Assembly (NCBI GenBank): GCA_951804945.1
Contig: OX638165.1
Location: forward strand, 41,168,001 to 41,232,000
From: Podarcis cretensis
Taxonomy: Eukaryota
Direction: 5' to 3'
Length of the DNA: 64,000 bases
Shown: in pieces, positions 27,001-39,000 of the stretch
How the letters are laid out: each line of letters opens with the position of its first letter
How positions within the stretch are numbered: the first letter of the stretch is position 1
Notes under the pieces: model-generated
What the model saw: the letters and a program-made list of their open reading frames with translations, nothing else
The model's database searches: none
Told to the model about the DNA's origin: nothing
Position numbers and translations under genes: made by a program

Positions 27001-30000
27001 ATCACCATGAATCCTGGCTACGCAGGCCGTACTGAGCTCCCTGAATCCGTTAAGGCTCTTTTCAGACCTGTAGTAGTAATTGTGCCAGATCTCCAACAAA
27101 TCTGTGAAATCATGCTGTTTTCTGAAGGTTTTCTTTTGGCAAAGGTAGGTCAGTGCCTTCACAAAGAGCTGGTTCATTCATAATGCTTATTACATATCTG
27201 TAGTGTTTTGTGAATGTTGTTAGCCAATTTGAGGGCTTTTCAAAACTGGGAATATTATATATATATATATGTATATTGCAAGTTTCACTTAAGGTGTTGA
27301 ACCTATAGTGGTTCATTCACACACGTGATTCATGTAGTTATGTTCATGTATGAATAAAGTGCACATGGGGAGCTTCAGGGCTTTTTTTATTTAAAAAACC
27401 CACACATTTATATGTTCATGCTGCATTTTGTCTGCAAGACCCTGGCCAAGAAGATGACAGTGCTCTACAAACTAGCAAGGGAACAACTTTCAAAACAGCA
27501 TCACTATGATTTTGGGCTTCGGGCTCTGAAGTCAGTGCTGGTGATGGCAGGGGAATTGAAGAGAGGCTCACCGGATCTAAATGAGGTAAGCCTATCCTAA
27601 TCCATTATCCTGGCATCCTGGAAAATAGAGAATCTGGGGGCTTATTCACATGACCCCATGACTATGGGCTAGTCCCCATTAGTGGGGTGGGAGAGCTGAA
27701 AAAAAAAATCACATCTGGCAACCAATGTGCCATTTTGGTTCCCGATAGTCCATAGGTAGACGAGTCTAAAAAGCCCAGGACACAAATTTTTACGGCCCTC
27801 TAGCACTATATCATAAAACCATAGAATTGTAGAGTTGGAAGGGACCCCCATATGTCATCTTGCCCGGCCCCTGCAAATATGACCATAAAACCTTCATCCC
27901 TCCTTATTCGATTTAACAGCATCAAACATGAAAGAAAACAAAATACTCAGAGTGTACTTCATGTTTCAGAGAGAGAAACACCCCTCCCACTGTATGTCTC
28001 ATGTCACTGTCACTAAAGAAAAAAATCATAAACAAACTGTCTCGTCTGGGCCTGTGTTACATATAATTGAGTGCAAGACGTTTCAGTCTTAGTCACAAAT
28101 GTACTATGTGAACAATATAGAGAAAATGGTGTGTGCCCACCCTAGCTGTGTTCCAATATTTTATTTTTCGATGATATATATATTTTAGGGGCATAATCCT
28201 GGTGTTTATTTTGCTCTAGTAAGCTTAGTTTGGTCAGAATCAAGTATAAATTTCCACAGGTAATGCAAAATATATTACTTCTGTTGAATGAGCCACCATA
28301 GCTGCTAGAGGTGTGCATTGCCTGCAAGCCAATTGGGGCATGGGCATGTGGGCATTGGACTGGATCTTTAGCCACATGGGCACTCCATTAAGGGCGTCCA
28401 GGAGGTTGACTCTGCCAGGAGTCCACACGGGAACTGATGGGCCAAAACACCTCTCCCAGTGGCGGGCCTGTGCGGGACTGTGGCACCCAATAAATGTCGG
28501 GGGTGACTCCCCAGCACAGGGCTGACCCCCTGGGTTCCTATCAGCGTGTAGGCTGCCTGATGTCAGATATGTGCACGTAGCCAAACCTACTCTTACCTGT
28601 AATCAATAAAGTTGTGGCCTAATTCAACTCAATACCATTCTCCTGTGTTCATTTCCTTGGTCTCCTCTGCGCTGGCTGTGGATGTTATGCATCTGGGGCA
28701 GCAAAAGTAGCCTGGTGCAAGTGCTTGGCCAGAAGCTGTTGGCCTTTTATTGATTCAGGCAATTTCTAACGCACTTTGTGAAATACCATCCCAGAGCAAG
28801 GTGTAATTTCAAATAAATCATAATACACACTGAAACAATAATTTATCATAAAAACAAACATGTGCTACAATATAGCAATAAAATAATAATAATAAACCCA
28901 GATAGGCAAGGGCACAAACCCACAAATGAAGCAATTCAGCCACAGGCCTGGATGAATAAAATAGTTTTAAACTGGCACTTAAAAGCCATCTAAGTCAGTC
29001 TAGTGTGAAGGAAGGGCATTCGACATTCAACATTCAACATGCATATATCAAGAATGCCCTCTGATAGGTTGCTGCTGAGTGAATACTTGGCAGAAAGACT
29101 GGGAATGATACACATGGGAGAATCCTAAGCTGTATAGGGCTTTGTAAGGGTGGTTGGAGGGTGTGTGGCGGCTAACAGATTGAGGTTGAACCCTGACAAG
29201 ACAGAAGTACTGCCCTATGTTCCACAGGGTAGGTGCGACTATTGGGAAGGCCCTCTGCCTGGTTCCCTGTAACCTCACTCCTCAAAGCGAGGGAACCACC
29301 AGAAGGCCCTTGGAGGTGGATCTCAGTATCCAGGCTGAACAATGGTGATGGAGATCTTTCTTCAGGTATATAGGGCCAATGCCGTTTAGGATCTTAAAGG
29401 TCAGCACCAACACTTTGAATTGTGCTAGAAAACATACTGGAACCAGTGTAGATCCTTTAGGACTGGTTTTATATGGTCTTGGCGGTCACTCCCAGTCACC
29501 AGTCTGGTTGCCGCATTCTGGATTAGTTGTAGTTTCTGAGTCACCTTCAAAGGTAGCCCCATTTGCAGTAGTCCAAGCGGGAGATAACTAGAGCATGCAC
29601 CACTCTGGTGAGACAGGTAGGGTCTCAACCTGTGTACCAGATGAGGCTGGTAGGCAGCTGCCCTGGACACAGAATTGACCTGTGTCTCCATGGATAGCTG
29701 TGAGTTCAAAATGATTTCCAGGCTGCGCACCTGGTCCTGCGCACAGTTACTCCATTCAGGACCAGGGAGCCCCCCATATTCACCCGCCCCCTGCCCCTCC
29801 AAAAAAGTACTTCTGTCTTGTTTCAGCCTCAAACCTTTAACTGTTATGTGGTGAAAGGCAGCAGCTATTTGAGGGAGCTACTAAATTGGGGGCAGGGTGC
29901 TCAAGAAAACCTATTTTGCTCACTAAACATGTTAATTGCTTTTAACAACCACCATCACCCTAGGATGTGGTCCTGATGAGAGCTCTGCGAGACATGAATC

Positions 30001-33000
30001 TCCCAAAATTTGTTTTTGAAGATGTTCCTCTTTTTCTTGGCCTCATCTCTGACCTGTTTCCTGGACTTGATTGCCCTCGAGTACGCTACCCTAATTTTAA
30101 TGATGCTGTTGAGCAAGTGTTGGCTGAAGGAGGCTACGTTGTCCTGCCAATTCAGGTATGAAAAAGAAACACAGAAAAATGGAAAGTATCATAAATGCCA
30201 GGCCACATTTTGGGGAGCCTGTATAAAAGGCAACCTTAAAGCCTGGCTCTGCTGCAGTAAGGTCTTCCATCCAGTCCATAAGTAGCAATAATAATCCTTT
30301 TAGGTGGCGGAAGACACTTCTTTCCATCATCTATTCAGATTATGATGACTTGGAATTTTCTTTTCTTTCTTTTACTTTCAACCTGGGGTATTTGGGTTGT
30401 ATCTTTTGACTTAAATTCTCCTAAAATGGAATTTTGTTGATTTATACAGTACTATTAGAAAAAAAGGCTAATAGTGAGTTTAGCTGATGTATGCTCTATG
30501 AGGCCTTTTAATGGTTTTTTATCAGGTGGATAAAGTTGTCCAAATGTATGAAACTATGTTGACTCGTCATACTACAATGGTGGTTGGGCCGACAGGAGGC
30601 GGCAAGTCTGTGGTTATCAATACCTTGTGCCAGGCTCAGACCAAGTGAGTACAGATTATGAATACAGGTCAATAACTTGGTAAGACTTGTTGCTATCCCT
30701 TCAAAAGAGCAAGAGGATAAGAATACACTTCCTCGCTTCCTCCACTTTCATGGGCATAGCCAGGGGGTGAGAAAGGCAGCAGCTTCGCCTCCCTAAATCA
30801 AGTGAATAAATAAAAATACTCAACCAGAAAGTAGAAACAATCAATATATTTGAAATTGAAATACTTGCTGAGGTCAGTCACCTGGATGATGTTGTGGCGC
30901 ATTCTAGCAGCGCAATTGGCAACCCCATCGAGCAATAGGTGTGGCTTCCGTGAACTGACCAATTGTGTCAGTTGCTGAGGGGAAACAGTGAGGAGGGCTA
31001 CTGCATTTAAGCTCTGCTTATGAGCTTTCCAGGGATATCTGGTAGCCACTGTGGAAAGCAGGATCAAGCTTTGATTTACTTTGATCTGATTCAGCAGGGC
31101 TCCTCATGTTTTTATTGGGCACGAATTGTGAAGTGTTTGTATACAGGAGTTGCTTTGGCAAGTTCTACTGCAATGTGTTTTTCTTCTTAACTGCACCTCT
31201 GATGTCCATTTAGGCTGTCATTGGTGACCAAACTTTACACGCTGAACCCCAAAGCCATGAGTGTTATTGAGCTTTACGGAATCCTAGACCCCACCACACG
31301 AGACTGGACTGATGGAGTTTTGTCCAACATCTTTAGGGAAATCAATAAACCCACAGATAAAAAAGAGAGAAGGTAATTTCTTAAGGGTTAGACCAATATT
31401 TGTATTTGTGTTTAAACTGCATTATTAAGTTTTGTAACCAAACAAACATAAGAGAAAAATGACAGATTATAGATAAATTACAAGAGAATTAATGCAAGGC
31501 CAAGAGCACATTGTAATGTTATCATCAGGACAACAACAGAGAAGGGAAAACTAAAGAGAATCAGATTCAAAGAAATGCAGACAATACAATCAGCTTTTGG
31601 GGAAAAAGAGATAACATGGGATCATTGTGGGGTCATTAATAAAGTACTTGGCTGGATACCTATATCAAAAGAGCAGAGCTAAACATACTCTCCAGCAAGT
31701 GAGAGCCCCCAGCAGAGTTTTAAAACACAGAATCATGCATCAGTGTGAGGAATATAGGCCATTAGACCTTTAAAATATCCTGTTCTAGTCACTTAACACT
31801 GCTTCCCACACCATTAATAAGTTTGAATACTTTACTTAACTCGTAAGATATGATTCATGCATTATTCCATACAGCTGCAAGAAAAACGCAGGTAGTATTC
31901 TGTATTTTGGGTTTACAAAATACAGAAACATATTTCTGAGCACACAAACAACTTGTAGAGAGCAAGCTCAGACACGTCCTGTCTTGGTGAGTTCACAAGG
32001 TGAAAGAGAATGAACAAAGGAGGAAGCTTAACTTCCTTCCAGGTGAGGGGCATGGCCTAGCTGACTCTAGGAATGCAATTCTATTACCTTAACCACTTCA
32101 TGCAAGCCGTATTCTTGCTAGCTATATTTGACTGCAGTTTCCCACACAGCCAAAATCAGTTATTCACAAAGCAGCATGAGTTTGAGGTAGAATAAAATTG
32201 TTTTCCTTGTCAGAAGTGAATGCAATAATATGATATCATATTTCTCCAAATTTGTCTGGCTCTTTTGCTTTTCTCAATGTTTTCATTTTAAGTGCTCATT
32301 TTCCCATCAAAGCAATTGATCAGCTTTTTGGTATACTTTCCAGTATTTTGTTAAATTTAATCTAGCAACCATCAGTAAGATTATCAGCTCTTTAAACATA
32401 ATTTCTCCTATCCAGTACTTTTCAACCAAGGCTCTGTGGAATCTTTGGGTTGAGTGAGCTTTCTGTCAGGGGTTCTATGAAATTTTGGTTAAATTATTTG
32501 TTTTCATGTTTTGTTTTGTTTTGTTTTGTTTTGATTTGTTTAATGCTTCTTGGGGGGGGAGGGAGTTGGACTTCACAGGATATTGTTCCATTACTGGAAT
32601 TATTTAGTAGGGGAAAAGGATTGCAAACCTCTGGGTTAGACATTACACTTGCGGGTCCTTAATAGTTTCAGATTTGTTTTGCTGTAATTTTCCCTCATTT
32701 TCCCAATAACCTTCCTGCAATCCAATGAAAGTACACAGATCAAAATGAATTAGAATAGAAGTGTTTTGGGGATGTGCCATTATATAAGTGCCTTTCTTTA
32801 ATCTTTGTATACAGGTACATTTTATTTGATGGAGATGTGGATGCCCTCTGGGTAGAAAACATGAATTCTGTGATGGATGATAACAAGTTGTTGACTTTGG
32901 CAAATGGGGAACGAATCAGACTCCAAGCCCATTGTGCCCTTTTATTTGAGGTAAGGAAGTCACTTCTGAAGTTTTGAAACAACAGATACTGATGGCCAGA

Positions 33001-36000
33001 CATTTCATTAAATATAACAGCTCAAGTGACCCGTTATCCATCCATTTTGGTCTTGGGAGGTGGTGGTGTTTCTCCATTTTTATCGTATTTATTTATTTCA
33101 CTGTTTTCTTACTCTTACACTCAGCTTTTCTTCTGAATTGCGCAGAGTGGGTTACGTGTGGGTCCAGGCAGTCCTATATCCAAGTTCATTAGGGCCAAAC
33201 TTGCTTCACTTCAGAAATAGAATGCAGCATGCCAGCTTCCATTTTGTGGTGGAGGTTCTCCAGGCACGAGGCCACTCCTCCAACCAGTTTCCAGTAAATG
33301 TGCTTCCTTCCTAGGTTGGAGACTTACAGTATGCTTCACCTGCGACGGTATCACGCTGTGGGATGGTCTTTGTGGACCCCAAGAACTTGAGATACAAACC
33401 TTATTGGGAAAAATGGACGAACCAAAGAAGCAAGGTAGAAAATGTCTCCTTAGACTGAACTTGGAAGCATTTGTTGTAAATCACCAGTTACTGGTTTTCC
33501 AGTATATCCAGACAAGCTAATTTTTATGTGAGGTTTCCAGACAAACTGAGTTCTCTGGTTGGGGTGCAGGATTTGGGAGGGTGTCCCAGGGGCCACAGGA
33601 TATATCAGATACCCCTGACCAGCTCTGGATATGGAGTTCCAGCACTGGAGAGGAAAATCCTAAGTTGGATTCCCCCCTTCTTGCTGCTGCTGAATCCTCT
33701 GGCCTAGCCACTGCTGGTGCTCTGATGTTGGTAGAGCTCAAAGGAGATATAATTATAAATAATAAGAATGGATCACAGGGTGGTTTGCAATATAAAAACA
33801 CAAACACACATAACATAGTAACAAACAAAAACAGTACCCTGCACTACACAGTTTAAAAGGGCACAGATGGCTTAATTAGCCGGGGAGAAGAGGAATGTTT
33901 CTGCCTGGTGCCTAAAGATATGCAATGAAGATGCTAGGTGAGCCTCACTGGGGCGACCATTCCACAAGTGTGGAGCCACTGCAGAAAAGGCCTGTTCTCA
34001 TGTTGCCACCTTCCAGACCTCTTGTAGAGGAGACACAGGGTCTCTGGGTCAGGGTTTGGGTCAGATATGCCCAGGGAGGACCAAGAAACAGCTGGGATCC
34101 AAACGACCCACAGCCATCCCAGTCCCCTGACATGCTCCCATACCAGGAAAAGAATTACACACCTCCCTGCAACCTTGAATCAGGAATGACTAAGCCTCCA
34201 TGGCCTTGAGCAACATTATTAGTTTCTGGATATGTGTAAATATGGCATTTTGGACTGCTTTTTCCTTAAGATGCTAAGACTGTTCTTACTCATGTCAATC
34301 AATATTATTGCAGTTGATTGTCCTTGTAATGGGACGTGGGTGGCGCTGTGGGTAAAACCTCAGCACCTAGGGCTTGCCGATCGCATGGTCGGCGGTTCGA
34401 ATCCCCGCGGCGGGATGAGCTCCCGTTGTTCGGTCCCAGCTCCTGCCCACCTAGCAGTTCGAAAGCACCCCTAAGTGCAAGCAGATAAATAGGTACCGCT
34501 TTATAGCGGGAAGGTAAACAGTGTTTCCGTGTGCTGTGCTGGTGCCAGCTCGCCAGAGCAGTTTTGTCACGCACGACTGGCCCATACGGGCAGGGGTACC
34601 TTTACCTTTACCTATCCTTGTAATAGATGCGGAAGTCTTTTTTGAGGTAGTGCATTGAGGAAGTCTCTGCTGTTCTCTTCTCTGCTCCTACAGTTGTGCT
34701 TCTGATGATATCCTGTGTTGTTCTCATCAAGAAAGGGACTGGAATTGGGGTCGGGGTGGTTGTATATCGTATTCCTTGACTCTGTGAACATTTCCTGCTT
34801 TTGGACACTAGATGGTGTTGGGGCCTACCTAAGAGACTGGTCCCATCTAAAAGATGTTTTTATTGGACAACATACAGGGGTTATCAAACTTTTTCAGCAG
34901 GGGGCCGGTCCACTGTCCCTCAGACCTTGTGGGGGGCCAGACTATATTTGGGGGGGGGGGGATGAACGAATTCCTATGCCCTACAAACAACCCAGAGATG
35001 TATTTTAAATAAAAGGACACATTCTACTCATGCAAAAACACACTGATTCCTGGACCGTCTGCGGGCTGGATTTAGAAGGTGATGGGCCGGATCCGGGCCT
35101 TAGTTTGCCTACCCATGGACAACAATGTTCCTTTCTGATAGCAGAATTGAAAAAACTGCCTGTCCAGCTACAATATTGGAACATGTAGATAGGTTGACAG
35201 AACCTTTCTACAGAGGTTCTGAGAGGTTGACAGAAAAGTGGAAATCTCCCACATGAAGAGCTTCCTTGAGTAATTCACTGGAGCACCTTTCAATTTTTTA
35301 TTTTTATTTTAAATCTCATTACTTTGGACGTTTTAGGAGAACTCACAACATAGCTGTCAACTTTTCCCTTTTCTTGTGAGGAATCCTATTCAGAATATGG
35401 GAATTTCCCTTAAAAAAAGGGAAACGTTGACAGCTATGACTCACAATGTGATGTGAAGTCATGCCTTATTAGCAACTGCCAACAACAAAGAAATGGGGCA
35501 ATGAAATCCACAATTTGGGGAATTTCATTAGGTGCCATGAGGGCCTGGTGGCAAATTCCAGATAGATAGTTAAGATTTGGTTGGAAATCACCCTATCCTA
35601 TTCCAGTCCTGTGTCCTCCATGGCGTTTGGGCTTTCCTGCTCTTACTTCTGACTTACAAGAGCAGGTGTGTTGTGCCCTCCCTTCCATGGATTAGATCTT
35701 GTTATTTAGAAGAGGTTGATCCACAATCACAAGAGGGGAAGAGTATATCCCTCCGAACAGGAAGATACAAATAAAATGGATACATTAGAATTACTTTGTT
35801 TTGATTTTGTTCCTCAGCAAGAAAAACAACTCTTAGATAGATTATTTGCCAAATATGTACCCTACCTGATTGAAATGATCGTAGAAGGAATTGTCGATGG
35901 ACGGCAAGGGGAGAAATTAAAGACCATTCTTCCACAGACAGATCTCAATATGGTAAGAAATACCGGCTTTGCAAATTAATATAAACATTTACAATGGAGG

Positions 36001-39000
36001 TTCTTCAAGCAGTGAACAGTGCAATAAACTTTTCAAACTTCAGGCATATGTCTAAGGAGAATTTAGTAGGACTACCCTTCCCGTCCCTTTTTCTGGACTA
36101 GAGTAAGATTTGGAGAGATTTATATAGACTGAATTTGAAATTTTACGGAAGATTCCAAGACATGGTCTGAAATAGAAAAACTCTCCTTCAGGGTTTGGTC
36201 AACAATGAGAAATAGCTCAGCTCCATTTATGACATTTGCTCCGAGCATCACAGTTTACTGCACTTAAGTATTAGGGCTCTTGACTAATTAAATGAATATT
36301 AGTTGTCTAATCAAATGAGTTTTAATTGAATACCTAATAAATTAAATGTGCACAAATGTGCATTGGACTAAAACAATAGTTTTTGAACAAAATGTATAAG
36401 GGGTAAGATTTTTATTTATTTATAAGACTGTTTACGTCTTATAATCAGGGTGATGTACATCAGCATAAAAACCTTTTAAAAGCAGTGCAAACCACTCAAT
36501 AAAAAACTGGCTACTCAATGAAGTTTTAAACAACTGTATCAGCCTGTTGGCATTAAAGTCTTTAAGAGATGATTGAAAGTCAGAAGCAAGGATACCTGCC
36601 GAATCTCTCCTGAAAGAATTTTCTGTAGCATGGGAGCAACATCATTAGATGCCTGATTTATTGTTGAGGCCATTGTGGCCTCTGTGATACTGGGCACAAC
36701 CAACAGTGCTGCTCTAGATAATCTCAGGGATCAGGGCATGAGCCAGTGTGCTATAGTGGACAGAGTGTCCCTGCTCAGCCATGGAGCTCACTGCCTCTCA
36801 TCCTTATGAAGACAACCGGATGCCACTTTGAGCTCCTTAGAGAAAAAAGTGGGTTATAAATTCAATAAATAAAAAATGGAAATAAAATTATTTTAAAATA
36901 AATAAAAAATACTTCAAAAAATCTCAATGACCAGGTTTAGACAGTCCTTAGGGATCTTGGACTCAAGCTGTAAGATCAGCTTGCAAGATCAATGCAAGAT
37001 TTCTACTGAATTACGTCCACCTGCTTGTGCAAAAGGAACTCCAGTTGCACAATGGGTCTTCCAGTTTCTACTCTCCAGCCCCCACTTCTGCTCTGGCAAG
37101 ACCCCAACCTCCCTAAGCAGATTTGGAGGGCATGCAGGTGGCTGGAGTGGGTAGAAACCCCATGGAGGTACTCCATTGCATCATTGGATTTCATACACTG
37201 TATTTTAGGTGGTGCATATTGCAGCAGCTGCCATTTTAGAAGAGTCATTCCCTTTTATGTGAGAAGAAAGGGCAATTCCTCTTCTAAGAGGTATCTGCCA
37301 TCTGCAAATTTTTAAAGAAGTATTTACATTTTAAAAAGCAATATTTTGGGGACTTCCGGTGGAGCGCGAGCCCGTCGCAAGCGAGCGATTTTTCCGCTAG
37401 AGGAATCCCAGCTATTTCGGTCGAAATGGGGGGTTATTGGGTGAAATACCCCCCCCCCCCATAAAGCCTCTGGAGGGTGTTCAGAGGGTCAGGTTCCCGG
37501 CAGTGCCTAGAGCTAACCTACCGGCCGTCAGGTAACCCCGAAAAGGGGCGAAGAGCACGGAGGGAGGATCAGCAGGCTATCAGGAAGCGATTGCTATGGC
37601 CGATTAGCGAAGCCCCGACCTTGCAAGGAACAGCGCTCCGCTCTCAAATTTAATAAATTCGGACTCAACAAAATTATAATTTGGAAGAAATAACATTGAG
37701 GAAGGTTCCGTAACTAAAAAGGATTAATACAGAGTTCAGCTGTCATCTGGAATCAGCGCAGACGCAGCATTGTAAGCAGAGCTGGAAATTGAAAGTGAGT
37801 TGCCGCTAGCGGCTATTGTTTCTGTTTCTCTCTAAACTTTTAGAACTAAAGTTAAAAAGTATAAAAGAGACTTTGGAAGTATAAAAGAGACTTTGGAAGA
37901 CTTTACAAGGACACAGGAAGATTATTACAGTAAAAGGGGGATCAGAAAGTTACTATAGTGGCAAATAGACGTCTTTGGTGTAGCGGAGGATATATAAGGC
38001 TTGAAGTGTTTTCCCACTTTCACTTTTAAAGACAAAGAGCCGTGTTGGAAGGAGAGCCTTCGACTCCATTGTTAAGAGTTAAAAGGCTGCTGTTGCAGAG
38101 GGAGAATTAAAGCCTCTCTTCATATTTCGGTCGATATAGACTCTTAAGAGGATAAAATTAAATATAGCACAATCTGGAATTGAGGTGGTTTTCCCTTTAT
38201 TTTTATTTTTTTCCTTTTGAGACTGACATTTATATGAATTTTAGATCTACGCCACTTATCTGGACTTCGGTTCCCTAGTGGATGGAATGAGACATTACAA
38301 CTTGTTTTTCTATGATTTTCCTTGCCAGTGGAATATTTTTAAGAAACAGGAAATCTGACTTCTCCCACTTCATGTTTTGGGTGCTATGTGGAATACTCCT
38401 TCTGGGACTCTACTGATTCATCTTTAAAAGTATTTAAATATATTTTGGAATTAATACCAACTAGACAATTAAGAAGGGACGCAGGTGGCGCTGTGGGTTA
38501 AAGCCTCAGCGCCTAGGACTTGCCGATCGAAAGGTCGGCGGTTCGAATCCCTGCGGTGGGGTGCGCTCCCGCTGCTCGGTCCCAGCGCCTGCCAACCTAG
38601 CAGTTCGAAAGCACCTCCGGGTGCAAGTAGATAAATAGGGACCGCTTACCAGCGGGAAGGTAAACGGCGTTTCCGTGTGCGGCTCTGGCTCGCCAGAGCA
38701 GCGATGTCACGCTGGCCACGTGACCCGGAAGTGTCTCCGGACAGCGCTGGCCCCTGGCCTCATAAGTGAGATGGGCGCACAACCCCAGAGTCTGTCAAGA
38801 CTGGCCCGTATGGGCAGGGGTACCTTTACCTTTACCTAGACAATTAAGAATCAATTTTCTGAGTTGATATTAGAGGCTATAAAATATTTGGATTTTTGAA
38901 AAATCATTTTTGGAAAATAACTATATTTGGACATTATATTTGAATTATAAAAGAAATTATTTGGATTACGATCTTCTTGGATCGTAATTGGATTACAATT

